A DNA stretch of 64,000 nt from Patescibacteria group bacterium (GCA_019428815.1 JAHYJW010000001.1:47119-111118); one strand, 5' to 3'; positions 47,350 to 58,818 are shown, counted from the first letter of the stretch. The notes: generated by a model not told the origin, from the sequence alone. Made by a program: numbers and translations.

Positions 47350-49815
47350 TTAAAAATCCCCTAATTTTGTTTGTTTTTTTCCTTCAGCTATCTCATTAAT
47401 GTCTATATCAAATACCTGAAAGATATTCTCAACAGAAGGTATTAATTGATTTTTTAAATAGTATTTAATGTCATAGTTCCCTTCTTCTTGAGGTAATTTT
47501 ACTCCATCTCTTACAAGCTTCTTTTTTCCTTGAGATTCTGCAATAAAATATTCTATTACATTTCCTTGACTTATAGGGATATTCCTTTCTTTCATCCTTC
47601 TTGCAGCTATAACATGTGGGGATATTGCTTTATACTCTAAAAGGGGTTTTTTTAATTGAGTCTTAATAATTAAATCTTCTTTATTTACGCCTCTTTTTTT
47701 TATTTGATTTATAACCTCTTTAAGATATTCTAAAGACTTTTTTTCGTTTCCTTCCTCAAGGACGTGTTTTATAACATTATTTTGAACTTTTCTTGCGAGA
47801 TTACACCAGTCTCTTCTTACGGTTTCAAAACCTCTTATTTTAAGTTTTTTATTTTCATCAATTAATGCATATTTCTTTTTTGCACCTATTTTTCCGGTTC
47901 TTTTTGTTACCCAAATCCCTCTTTTAAAAAATCCTTCAAGTTCTAGTTCCATTATTCCTGGAAGTCTTTTATTTAATTCTTTTAAAAAAGATAATGCTTC
48001 TGTTTTGGACCTTTTATTTAAAAGAAAAGAAATTGAATCGGTATCACTATAGATTGTTGTGTATCCTGCATTATTTATTTCATCTATTGTTTTCTTTGAC
48101 CATATTCTTCCAATTGCAGTTGCTGCTCCAGAGGCTTCTGGGCAATAATACCTTGCTCCGAAAAAACCCATGTACCCATAAGAAGCATTTGCAAGAAGTT
48201 TATACGCATTACTTCTAGCCCTTTTCATCGCGTCTGGTTTTTCACTCAATTCTTTTTTGTACTTTTTTCTTTTTTCTATAATCTCTTTTAACATCTGAGG
48301 AAAAAATCCGGGTTTTTTTGAGAAATAAACTTTTTTTCCTAATACTTCAATTTCAGTTGAATTTTCAATTTTTTTTTCTAATAATGTAGACCTTGAGAGA
48401 TTGTAAGTTACAATTATACTTGGCCAAAAACTTGTAAAATCAAAAAAGGCAATATCCTCATATAATCCCGGAGTGGGTTCAAATACAAATGCTCCTTCAT
48501 ACCTTTCTCTTTGTCTTCTTTGTAGAATCTCATCATGAATCGGCCTTTTTTCAGGGATCTCATTAAACTTTTTTAAATTATGAATGATATAATCTTCTAC
48601 ATTTGCAGACATCCCATTCCTCGAAATATCAAAAATCGGTTCCTGCATTATCTTCGTAAATTCTAATAAATCTGGCCAAATTTTATCAAATAATTTTGAA
48701 GTGAGGACTGAATCTTGTAAATTATATTCGTAATAATCTTCCCAATTATGGTCTTCTATCAATGAAGAATGTTTTATCTTAAAATTTTTCTTTTCTTCAC
48801 CAAGGAACTCTTTAGAAACCTCATTCAAAGACATAGTTTCTGATTGCATATACGGGGAATACGCTGTTTGTATAAATTTAAGTAAATCAATATGAACAAT
48901 CCCTAAAACCTTTCCTGTAAATATCCCTCCTGTTCTTCCTCTAGAAAATTTAGGTTGACTTCCATCTAAACCAATTTCTAATGGAACTTTTAATTTTTCT
49001 GCTCTAGCTCGGAGATAAGGTAGATCAAAACCATCTGAAAAATATCCTACAAGAAAATCAGGAGAGATCTCTTTAACATGTTTTATAAAAGCTCTTAAAA
49101 GCTCTTCTTCATCTTTTACATATTCGATATTCCCCCAATCTTTTTCTTTATTTCCTGATTTTTTCCAAGTTATAACTTTTTTAAAATTATCAGAGACTAG
49201 AGATATCATGAGTATTTCTCCTTCTCCGATTTTTATATCATCTGTTTCAATATCGTAAGAAAGAGATTTTGGTTTGAAATTCTCGTTTTCTATAGGTTTG
49301 ACTTTCTGTAGTTCTATACATAAATCAACGTCTAAGTTTTCAATTCCCGGAAATTTCCCATTTGCGATATCTCCTTGGATTTCATACCAACAAAGTGGCT
49401 TAATGTCTTTTTCTAGTATATAATGTGTAATAAACCCTAAATCATAACCTCTTCTAAACTCAATTTCTGGGAAATTTAATTCACTAGCAATCTCATGTAG
49501 ATCCTTGTAATTTGTACAGAATATCTTTAATGCTTTGACTGGTTTTTCGAGAAAATTTTTATCGTGTACCTCTACAGACTCTACTTTTGTTTTCCTTCCC
49601 TTTGTATCTAACTGAATCTCTTTTATTCTTTTAATGATTTTGTCTAACCTTTTTTGGTTTATTTTTTCATTTAAAATTGCCCAAAAGTAGACATCACAAG
49701 AATCAAGAATACATACCCTTTTTCCTTTACTATTTCTGCCGATTATCCTGATATAATTCCTTCCTTGAAAATCAAAAGAATCATACTCTATAGGAATAAA
49801 ATCTGAGGTTATCAT
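47350..49815 (-). CDS. polB: Family B DNA polymerase
   Basis: Exo DIET, FD, YNLQD; pol DFTSFWPS, KLLANASYGY, YSDTDS, KKKY; PIP box QTKLGDF. Confidence 0.95.
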   Translation of the reverse strand: MITSDFIPIEYDSFDFQGRNYIRIIGRNSKGKRVCILDSCDVYFWAILNEKINQKRLDKIIKRIKEIQLDTKGRKTKVESVEVHDKNFLEKPVKALKIFCTNYKDLHEIASELNFPEIEFRRGYDLGFITHYILEKDIKPLCWYEIQGDIANGKFPGIENLDVDLCIELQKVKPIENENFKPKSLSYDIETDDIKIGEGEILMISLVSDNFKKVITWKKSGNKEKDWGNIEYVKDEEELLRAFIKHVKEISPDFLVGYFSDGFDLPYLRARAEKLKVPLEIGLDGSQPKFSRGRTGGIFTGKVLGIVHIDLLKFIQTAYSPYMQSETMSLNEVSKEFLGEEKKNFKIKHSSLIEDHNWEDYYEYNLQDSVLTSKLFDKIWPDLLEFTKIMQEPIFDISRNGMSANVEDYIIHNLKKFNEIPEKRPIHDEILQRRQRERYEGAFVFEPTPGLYEDIAFFDFTSFWPSIIVTYNLSRSTLLEKKIENSTEIEVLGKKVYFSKKPGFFPQMLKEIIEKRKKYKKELSEKPDAMKRARSNAYKLLANASYGYMGFFGARYYCPEASGAATAIGRIWSKKTIDEINNAGYTTIYSDTDSISFLLNKRSKTEALSFLKELNKRLPGIMELELEGFFKRGIWVTKRTGKIGAKKKYALIDENKKLKIRGFETVRRDWCNLARKVQNNVIKHVLEEGNEKKSLEYLKEVINQIKKRGVNKEDLIIKTQLKKPLLEYKAISPHVIAARRMKERNIPISQGNVIEYFIAESQGKKKLVRDGVKLPQEEGNYDIKYYLKNQLIPSVENIFQVFDIDINEIAEGKKQTKLGDF

Positions 49816-49912
49816 AAAACTTTTAGTTTTTTTAATTATTTAAAACTTGGGAGAAATTAAATTCCTAGATTAACAATAAGATTTATATACCCTTACTTAG
49901 TAGCTACAATAT

Positions 49913-50503
49913 ATGACAAAATATACAACTAAAAGAAATGATAATTTGAATTTAGAAAGTTTAAGTGAACACTATCAGGAATTGGAAAAGAAAAGAGTAA
50001 CTGCTCTTGAAAATAAAGTTCCTTTAGATTACTTTAATTTTTGTGAAGAACTAGGAATTTCTTCAGACAACTTAGAAGATCCTCATCTTTATGAACAAGG
50101 CCTTTTAGAAAAACAGTTAACCCAAGAGGGATATAACCAGAGTTTTAGAGAAAATAATTATCATCAGATTAAAGGTTCCTCTGATTGTAGGATTAAAATT
50201 AGTAAAAGGGGGCAATATGATTTAGAAAAAGTTCTTTGGGAAACTTTTAGTTCTTTTTCAGAATGTCAAAGCGGGGAATCTGTTACAAGTAAAGAATTAG
50301 ATATTAAACTAAGAAATCTCCAAAAATTGAACTTTCTTTATGGGCCTTATTCTCATTTAAAGAAAAAAGAAAAATGGCATCTTTTTAGGCAAATTAGAGC
50401 AATACTTTATGATATGGCAGATAGGATAGGGTACCTGGGGATTATAGATGCAGCAAAAAAAACTAATGATCCTAAAAGAGAAGAAGAAATTAAGTATAGA
50501 TAA
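49913..50503 (+). CDS. Hypothetical protein
   Basis: 196-aa ORF with a TATA-like box about 25 nt upstream. Confidence 0.6.
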   Translation: MTKYTTKRNDNLNLESLSEHYQELEKKRVTALENKVPLDYFNFCEELGISSDNLEDPHLYEQGLLEKQLTQEGYNQSFRENNYHQIKGSSDCRIKISKRGQYDLEKVLWETFSSFSECQSGESVTSKELDIKLRNLQKLNFLYGPYSHLKKKEKWHLFRQIRAILYDMADRIGYLGIIDAAKKTNDPKREEEIKYR

Positions 50504-50533
50504 TTATTTATATATTCTATAGTTAGTTATACT

Positions 50534-51577
50534 ATGGGTCTTAATATCAAAGAGATTATTCCTAGAAAGGAAATAAAAATTTCAGATCTTAAAGATAAGA
50601 CTGTCTGTGTTGATGCTTACAACATGCTTTATCAGTTTCTTTCTACTATAAGACAACCTGATGGAACTCCCCTTATGGACAATAAAAAGAGAATTACTAG
50701 CCATCTCTCTGGAATTTTTTATAGGAATATTAATCTCCTCTCAGAAGGTCTAAAACTTATTTATGTTTTTGATGGAAAACCCCCTCTACTAAAAAGCTTA
50801 ACTCATCAAAGAAGGGGGGAATTAAGAGATATTGCTAAGGAAAGATATGGTGAAGCGAAACAATCTGAAGATTTTGAAGCTATGAAACGCTATAGTTCAC
50901 AGTTAACCCGCCTCAATGAAGAAATGATACAAGAAAGTAAAGAACTCTTAGAGGCAATGGGGGTTGCTGTTATTCAGGCCCCTAGTGAAGGGGAATCTCA
51001 AGCTGCATACTTAAACAGAACTAATAGAGAAATTTATGCTACAGTTAGCCAAGATTATGACAGTCTTCTTTTTGGAGCAACAAGATTAGTTAGAAACTTA
51101 GGATTAGCTAGGAGAAGAAAGACTTTTTCAGGTTGGGTTGAGATTAATCCAGAGATTATAGAATTAGATAGGGTATTGAATCTTTTAGAAATAGGCCTCG
51201 ATCAATTAATCTGTTTAGGAATCCTCATAGGAACTGATTATAATCCTAGAGGTATTCCGGGAATTGGTCAAAAAAAAGCTTTAGAGATAGTTCGAAGATA
51301 TAAACAGCCCTTTTTAATATTTAAAAGCATTGAGGAACAAATGATGAACTTATCTGAAGAGGATAGATTTAATTGGCAAGATATCTTCCAACTTTTTCAT
51401 GAACCAGAAGTCAATAATGAAGAAATTCAATTTAAGGAATTAGATGAAGAAAAAATAAAAAAAATTCTAGTAGATAAACACGACTTTTCTCATGAAAGAG
51501 TTGATAAACACTTAAAAAAGCTTTTTGAATTAAAAGAAAAAAAGAAACAAAAAGATTTAACCGGTTGGTTTGGTTAA
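50534..51577 (+). CDS. fen: Flap endonuclease 1
   Basis: YQFLSTIRQPDGTPL, EGESQ, SQDYD, GTDYN; PIP box QKDLTGWF. Confidence 0.97.
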   Translation: MGLNIKEIIPRKEIKISDLKDKTVCVDAYNMLYQFLSTIRQPDGTPLMDNKKRITSHLSGIFYRNINLLSEGLKLIYVFDGKPPLLKSLTHQRRGELRDIAKERYGEAKQSEDFEAMKRYSSQLTRLNEEMIQESKELLEAMGVAVIQAPSEGESQAAYLNRTNREIYATVSQDYDSLLFGATRLVRNLGLARRRKTFSGWVEINPEIIELDRVLNLLEIGLDQLICLGILIGTDYNPRGIPGIGQKKALEIVRRYKQPFLIFKSIEEQMMNLSEEDRFNWQDIFQLFHEPEVNNEEIQFKELDEEKIKKILVDKHDFSHERVDKHLKKLFELKEKKKQKDLTGWFG

Positions 51578-51680
51578 TACTTGACTCTTTAAAAATAATA
51601 AACTTTGATTAAGGTTTTATTCTACAGTTCTATTTTGTGCTAAATTTAATGTTTATAAAGATTGATTCTTTTTTTATAAA

Positions 51681-52490
51681 ATGAAAAGCCAGAATCTTAG
51701 TAAAGAAACCCCTCGTGCATTTGATGTTTTTGGAAACATTGCTCTTGTTAAATTCCCCCCAGATTTTAAACTTAAAGACAAAAAAAAATATGCCCAAGAT
51801 TTGCTTAAAAAAAACAGTTATATAAAAACCATTTTAGAGAAAACTGGAAAGTTTAAAGGAAGATTAAGAAAACAAGAAACTAAATATCTAGCTGGAGAAA
51901 AAACAAAAGAAATTTTACATAAAGAAAACAATTGTATCTTTAGATTTAATATTGATACCACTTATTTTTCTCCAAGATTAAGTAATGAAAGAAAAGAAAT
52001 AGCTAATTTTGTTAAAAAAAATGAAAGAGTTTTAGTTATGTTTGCAGGAGTTGCTCCTTATCCAATTGTAATTGCTAAACATTCTGCCTCAAAAGAAATC
52101 TATTCAAATGAACTAAACAGGGAAGCGAATAAGTATGCTAAACTAAATATCGAGCTTAATAAAGTTAAAGACAGAGTTTTTCTCTTACCTGGAGACATAA
52201 AGAGGGTCACAAAAAATTTGTTAGATAAAAAAGAAAATTTTGATGTTATTGTCATGCCAAGACCCCAACTTAAAGATAGTTTCTTAAAGGAAGCCTTTTC
52301 TTTATCAAAAAAAGGAACAAGAATTTTTTATTACGATTTTTGTAAAAGAGAAGAATTCGATAGTGTTTTAAAAAAAATTAAAACAGAATCTGAAAATTCT
52401 AATAAAAAAATTAAAATTTTGGGATTAAAAAAAGCTGGAGAAATTGCACCTTATAGATTTCGTGTAAGAGTTGATTTTAAAATACTCTAA
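51681..52490 (+). CDS. Trm5/Taw2 (Met-10+) family tRNA methyltransferase
   Basis: FDVFGNIA, YFSPRLSNER, MFAGVAPY, NELN. Confidence 0.85.
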   Translation: MKSQNLSKETPRAFDVFGNIALVKFPPDFKLKDKKKYAQDLLKKNSYIKTILEKTGKFKGRLRKQETKYLAGEKTKEILHKENNCIFRFNIDTTYFSPRLSNERKEIANFVKKNERVLVMFAGVAPYPIVIAKHSASKEIYSNELNREANKYAKLNIELNKVKDRVFLLPGDIKRVTKNLLDKKENFDVIVMPRPQLKDSFLKEAFSLSKKGTRIFYYDFCKREEFDSVLKKIKTESENSNKKIKILGLKKAGEIAPYRFRVRVDFKIL

Positions 52491-52615
52491 TTTATTTGGG
52501 AAATTAAAATAAAGTAATCAAAAACTTCGGATTAATTTTAGAATTTAGAATAAGTATTACTTTTAATCTTTTAATAAGATTAAATAAAAAATTTACATCT
52601 CTTAAGGACTGATAG

Positions 52616-52837
52616 TTAAATTTCAGTTCTTATTTTCCTTAGAGAAACAAACATTCCAATAAGCCCAATGAATAAGAGCATTGTTCCTAATAAACCTGGA
52701 GTAGATTCTGTTAATTCAGATATCGCCCAACCTGTGATGTTCATGTAATAAATGTTCATAACTAGGCCCCCGAAAAATAATGCCGCAAATACCCCGAGTC
52801 TACTTCTAAATTCTAAATTTTGATTTTTATTTTTCAT
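52616..52837 (-). CDS. Small membrane protein
   Basis: Two TM segments flanking ITGWAI. Confidence 0.55.
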   Translation of the reverse strand: MKNKNQNLEFRSRLGVFAALFFGGLVMNIYYMNITGWAISELTESTPGLLGTMLLFIGLIGMFVSLRKIRTEI

Positions 52838-52977
52838 GAACTATAAAGTTTAGAACTCTTTTTAAAATTTTAGATAATTATTTTAATAAGCTTTTTTAAA
52901 TTTTTTAAAAATATTTCTTTATTTTTTTACTTATTCTTTATGTTATCTTTTTTAAGTCAAGATTATATGGAAATCAT

Positions 52978-54288
52978 CTACAATCTTTTTTTAATTTTAA
53001 TTGCTGTTGGGGCTTCTCCCCCGTGCCATGTAAATCTGGGCCTCATTCTTGCAGGATAAATTCTTTCAGAATTATCATCTAGTATTATTGTTGATCCTTT
53101 TAAGGGTGGAAGGTCATCCATTTGTTTTTTTATACTCTCTAGTATATAAGACTGCATTATATGATTAAGGGCTTCTGTATCTGGTTTGGAAGTTACCCTA
53201 TGACTTATAACAATATCTGATTGAGTCATTACATCTCTATGAATTTGACCTGGTTGTTGTGTTGCTAAAACTAATGATATTCCAGGTTGTCTACCTTCAC
53301 GTAAAAGTTGGATGAGGGCATCACTTGCAGCTGTTTTTTCATTTAATGGGAGAAATTCATGTGCTTCATCTATAAAGATCCAAACTAGTGGGTAATCCTT
53401 TTTTTCGGTTCCAGATAGAACGTCTAAACCTTTTGAGATGCTTTCTATTTCCTCTTTTTTTCTCGCTAACATTCTTTGATTAAAAATTTTTCTGGACAAC
53501 AAACTGATAGTAAGAGCTCTAATATTAAATGCTCCAACAGAATTATAAACGCTTAAGTCTAAAATTGTAGTCATTCCTCCTTGTATAAGGTCTTTTATTT
53601 GAGTTGACTCCATCCCTTTCTTTGAAAAAATTCCCCATGTTTCAGCAGCCTCAAAAAGTCCTATAGCGGCATTTTTTATTTCCAATGGCGTTTTTTCTTC
53701 TTTTTGAATAGAAGAAATTATATCTTCAATGTAAAATTTTCCTTTAGTTTTCATTTTAGTCAAAGTTCTTTGAATCAGAACAGAAACAGGGTGTATTATG
53801 TCTAGTCCAAATGTTAAAATCCAATCTTCCGGATTTAATTCCATAACATCTAAGGCAAAAGGTTCATCTATAGGAAGTCCTTTTTCAAGATAGTTGTTAA
53901 AATGTCCAAAAGGAACAAAAATCTTAACAGGAATATTTTTCGGTTTAAGCCCCCACTCTGAGAGAAGTTCCTTATCTCTTTCATTTTTAAATTTCATTGT
54001 CCAATAAATACCCATTGTATCAAACATTAGAGAACTGATGTTTTGACTAGTTTCTTTAGGTAATGTTGAAAGTTCTTCAGCAATTATTCCAAGAGTGTAA
54101 GATTTTCCACTCCCCCTTTTTCCAGCAACTAATATTACATGACTCCTTACAACATCCATAAAAATTTTGTTACTTAAAGAGGTATATTGACCCATTTTAA
54201 CATAACCTTTACCTATGAAAACTAGCCCCCTATCTCCTAATACCTTTTTATCTGTAGGGTTCCTTCCTATTATTATATCATAAGCCAT
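52978..54288 (-). CDS. HerA/FtsK-superfamily ATPase (DUF87-like)
   Basis: GKRGSGKS, WIFIDEAHEF, REGRQPG, ATQQP. Confidence 0.88.
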   Translation of the reverse strand: MAYDIIIGRNPTDKKVLGDRGLVFIGKGYVKMGQYTSLSNKIFMDVVRSHVILVAGKRGSGKSYTLGIIAEELSTLPKETSQNISSLMFDTMGIYWTMKFKNERDKELLSEWGLKPKNIPVKIFVPFGHFNNYLEKGLPIDEPFALDVMELNPEDWILTFGLDIIHPVSVLIQRTLTKMKTKGKFYIEDIISSIQKEEKTPLEIKNAAIGLFEAAETWGIFSKKGMESTQIKDLIQGGMTTILDLSVYNSVGAFNIRALTISLLSRKIFNQRMLARKKEEIESISKGLDVLSGTEKKDYPLVWIFIDEAHEFLPLNEKTAASDALIQLLREGRQPGISLVLATQQPGQIHRDVMTQSDIVISHRVTSKPDTEALNHIMQSYILESIKKQMDDLPPLKGSTIILDDNSERIYPARMRPRFTWHGGEAPTAIKIKKRL

Positions 54289-54391
54289 TATGGTATCTAG
54301 TGAGAGATGTTTATAAAATTAGTTATGATTTTAAGAGTAATCAGTAAATAAACAAAAAAGCATTGATATTTAAGGTTCTTTTTGATTAAAA

Positions 54392-55594
54392 TTATTTACT
54401 TTCTAGATAACTTATCTCCCCCTCACTTAACTTAAGTTCTTTTTGTATTTCTGGTTTTAGAAGGAACTGTTTTATAATTGAAAATTCTTTTAAAGCTCTT
54501 TTTTCTCCTATGTGAACATATTTTGCATATTTTTTAGCTATTGTTTTTTTCTTTTCTACTTTTTGATTATTCATCCATATCTTCAAAATTCTTGTTGGTT
54601 TTTTGTAACTTGTAAATGCTTTTTTATCTATTCCAGAATTAGAGTTTTTAGCGCTTGATATTCCATATGATAAAAAAGCATTTTCATAAACTAGAAATCT
54701 CCAATATTGTTGTTTGTAAATTCTTCTTTTGAAGATATCTGCCTTGCTTAATAAATCAAGTGCCCTAGCTAATTCCTCCCCCTGATACTCTAGGGGTATA
54801 TTTTCTTCTACCCACAACATAATTTCATCAATTGGCTTATTTATTGAATCAAAGAGATTTAACATATTATTTGTTGGTTTTCCTTTAAATATCATTCTCA
54901 GAGCACTAAAAATATCAGTTTCTTTGTCTCTTTCATAAACTAAGATTTTAGATGGGTCTTCAAGATTTGCGGCCATTTGTAAATCGTTTATAGCAGCTCT
55001 TAAATCCCCCCGAGCATTCATTGCAATATTTGTTAAGATATCATTTTCTATAAACTTCCTTTCTTTTCTTAATATCTCTATAAGCACATCTTTTATTATT
55101 CGATAATTAATTTCTTTTAACTGTATGCACTCGGACCTTTTTCTTAAGTCACTAAATTTTTTATCCCAGATATCATTTGCAGTAATTAAAATAGGGTAAT
55201 TTGTTGATTCAATAACATTCAGTAATGCCGAAATACCTCCTCTATCAACTTCAGAGATTCCGTCGACTTCATCTATCAGAATTATCTTCATTTTTTTCGT
55301 AAGAGACTGTTGTTCTGCTACGGGCTTTAGAATTTCTTTTATTTTTTCATTATTCCTTAAATCACTAGCATTAAGCTCAAATATTTCTGCGTTTTTCTCA
55401 TTACTAATGATATAAGCAATTGTCGTTTTACCTATTCCTGGGGGCCCGTGAAGTATTATGGCTTTCTTTTTATTTTTCTTTTCAGAAAGATTATTTAAGA
55501 ATTCTTTAATTTGTTGAATTGGTAACTCTTGCCCCTTTAGTTCTGAAAAGTACTTGGGCCGGTACTTTTCCGTCCAGCTTTCTTTTTCATTCAT
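54392..55594 (-). CDS. rfcL: Replication factor C large subunit
   Basis: WTEKYRP, GPPGIGKT, ELNASD, DEVDG, GDLRAAINDL, WVEEN. Confidence 0.93.
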   Translation of the reverse strand: MNEKESWTEKYRPKYFSELKGQELPIQQIKEFLNNLSEKKNKKKAIILHGPPGIGKTTIAYIISNEKNAEIFELNASDLRNNEKIKEILKPVAEQQSLTKKMKIILIDEVDGISEVDRGGISALLNVIESTNYPILITANDIWDKKFSDLRKRSECIQLKEINYRIIKDVLIEILRKERKFIENDILTNIAMNARGDLRAAINDLQMAANLEDPSKILVYERDKETDIFSALRMIFKGKPTNNMLNLFDSINKPIDEIMLWVEENIPLEYQGEELARALDLLSKADIFKRRIYKQQYWRFLVYENAFLSYGISSAKNSNSGIDKKAFTSYKKPTRILKIWMNNQKVEKKKTIAKKYAKYVHIGEKRALKEFSIIKQFLLKPEIQKELKLSEGEISYLESK

Positions 55595-55669
55595 TTTATT
55601 TTTTAATAAATTTTATTCCCCCTTTTATAAACAAAAATTCTACATCCTAAATTTGGTTATTATATTTTT

Positions 55670-56632
<963 letters not shown>

Positions 56633-56752
56633 ATTAATCTATTCTTATTAATAACTTATAAACATTATGGGAGTCAAAAAGAAGAATTTTTTGTATTTTA
56701 GGTAATTAAGTTCAATCAGAGAAATCTTTTAAGAAAAATTCATTTAAGCTTC

Positions 56753-56869
56753 TTATTTGGATCTAGCTCTTCTTAACTTTCTTTTACGCTTTTCTTTTCT
56801 AAGGCGTTTTCTTTGCCATTTCCATCTCATTTGCCTTTTTTTCTTCCAGCGCCTTGATGAACGTTTCAT
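56753..56869 (-). CDS. rpl41e: Ribosomal protein eL41/eS32, long archaeal form (38 aa)
   Basis: Not in ORF track. MKRSSRRWKKKRQMRWKWQRKRLRKEKRKRKLRRARSK. Confidence 0.85.
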   Translation of the reverse strand: MKRSSRRWKKKRQMRWKWQRKRLRKEKRKRKLRRARSK

Positions 56870-57041
56870 ATTAAACTCTGGAAAAATTTGTTTTTAAAGT
56901 TATCTAAATTTTTTAAACATTAAAGATATTGGCTAATTCAGCAGGTTTATAAAGAATACTAAAAAAATATCCTTCTTCAAAAAAGGACTTTTTTTTATCA
57001 TAATTAAAAAAACCTAACAAAAATCTAAAAATCTTTTGGCC

Positions 57042-57920
57042 TTATAATACGAATATCCTTCGTTTGAAGTTTTGTTCTTTTAAATTTTCTGTGGATGCAC
57101 CCCTTAAAGCTTTAAGTCCCACTATCGCTCCATAAAGTGCTTCATCTTTCAACTCCGTATACTCTAAGGCTCTTTCTAATATCTTTCCATTTCTACAAGC
57201 ACGGTCTTTGATTGTGACATCTCGGCCTGAATGACCACTCATTTTTACATTTCTGAAAGAATCTCCACCCATCACGGTATTTGTTCCCCAAAAGGCACGG
57301 CAGTAGGCTTCCGCATCCATAAAGGAATTTTCTTCAGCTTTAATTTCACCAAATGAAGTTCCAAAAGCTTTAACACCTGAAAAAGAATGACCCTTAGCTT
57401 TTATTCCTTTAAAGGCATTATCTCTTGCACTTACATTTGTACAAGCATACTCTTCAGCTTCTGCTGAAAAGAAAGCATAACCTCCTACTTTGGAATAACC
57501 TACGGCAAAACCTTTAATTAAAGCACCCCACCCTACATCTTCTTTTATTCGTGATTTGGTTAAAGCATTATAACCTAACTCTGAAAACCATAGCTGCCTT
57601 TTTCTAAAAGATAATCCTTCAGGCATTTTTCCTAAAGTTACGCCTAAACCCCCATATTCTAATTCTTGTATAGGCCCTAAATCACCTGTTAGACCATAAT
57701 AGGCTGAACTTATTACTCCTGAAAAAAGAGAATTAATGTCGTGAAGATGTTTTTTTAGTACTTCGGGGTTTTTTCTATATCCTTCTTCAAATTTTTTTAC
57801 TATTTTTCTTACCCCCTTTCCGTCTTCTTCTTTATCAATTAAATTTTCTAAATGAGAAATTATCCTTTCTCTGTTTTCAATTTCATTGAATTTTAAGATC
57901 GCGGTCCTTTGGGGATTCAT
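57042..57920 (-). CDS. Hypothetical protein with decapeptide repeats (paralog of 58051-58818)
   Basis: Shared core SSAYYxLTGDLxPxQELEYGGLGVTL...LSFxKxQLWFS; 10-aa periodic C-terminal half. Confidence 0.7.
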   Translation of the reverse strand: MNPQRTAILKFNEIENRERIISHLENLIDKEEDGKGVRKIVKKFEEGYRKNPEVLKKHLHDINSLFSGVISSAYYGLTGDLGPIQELEYGGLGVTLGKMPEGLSFRKRQLWFSELGYNALTKSRIKEDVGWGALIKGFAVGYSKVGGYAFFSAEAEEYACTNVSARDNAFKGIKAKGHSFSGVKAFGTSFGEIKAEENSFMDAEAYCRAFWGTNTVMGGDSFRNVKMSGHSGRDVTIKDRACRNGKILERALEYTELKDEALYGAIVGLKALRGASTENLKEQNFKRRIFVL

Positions 57921-58050
57921 GTAATCTCTACAGAGGGGTTACTTTTTAAGTATTGTGGTGTTCCGTTTTATACTTTGAAGGAATATAACCCTAAAAATTA
58001 AAGAGACTTTAAGATTTAAGATATAACTTAAAGGTTATTTGCCTTGTTTA

Positions 58051-58818
58051 TCATATCTTTAATTCTTTCATTTCCTTTTTTAAAAGATTCCCTTTAATCT
58101 GAGTTTTTTTGAAAAAATCATTCTGCATTTTTGCATTATGTAAAGAAAAGCCCTTTATTTTAACAGCTTCTAATGAACTTTCTTCATTTTCAGACCTTTC
58201 TAAACCTCCTTTGATTGTTGAACATCCTAAAGAAAATCCCCTATTTTTTGATCTGAATAAAGCATAATTTGAGATAGTAGAACTTCTTAAAGCATGATCT
58301 GTGTTTTCTGATTCAAACCCCGCACTTTCTTCTATTTCAGACCCTCTTAAAGCACTGTTTTTAGTTTTAGCTTTTCTTAATGAGTTCCCTTTACAAATTG
58401 AATTCCCTAATGCACATCCCCCAATTTCTGAATAACTTAAAGCATGATCATCAATTTGACTACGATATAAAGCAGCCCCTGTAATTTTTGAAAACCATAG
58501 CTGTTTTTTTGCAAAAGATAACTTTGGAGGAGTGCTTGTTAGTGTTACACCTAAACCACCATATTCTAATTCTTGCAGGGGGTTTAAATCTCCGGTAAGA
58601 TGATAATAGGCAGAACTTGCAATTCCAGAAATAAGTTTATTAGAATGATTAAAATACCTCTCCAGTTCTTTAGGATTTTGTTCATATGCATTTTGAATTA
58701 TTTTTGTTAACTGCCTTATTCGATTTCCATTACATCTTATCTCAACCAGATATTCCAGAAGTGATTCTAATCTTTTTATTCTAGGATCTTTATCTTGAAC
58801 ATTTCTTTTGATTTCCAT
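58051..58818 (-). CDS. Hypothetical protein with decapeptide repeats (paralog of 57042-57920)
   Basis: Same core; repeats IDDHALSYSE/IGGCALGNSI/CKGNSLRKAK/TKNSALRGSE. Confidence 0.7.
   Translation of the reverse strand: MEIKRNVQDKDPRIKRLESLLEYLVEIRCNGNRIRQLTKIIQNAYEQNPKELERYFNHSNKLISGIASSAYYHLTGDLNPLQELEYGGLGVTLTSTPPKLSFAKKQLWFSKITGAALYRSQIDDHALSYSEIGGCALGNSICKGNSLRKAKTKNSALRGSEIEESAGFESENTDHALRSSTISNYALFRSKNRGFSLGCSTIKGGLERSENEESSLEAVKIKGFSLHNAKMQNDFFKKTQIKGNLLKKEMKELKI

Noticed and set aside
52978..54288. HerA-like ATPase as part of a defence system (e.g. Sir2-HerA) or the NurA-HerA operon
   Set aside because: No partner nuclease, sirtuin, nurA, mre11 or rad50 nearby; flanked by housekeeping genes
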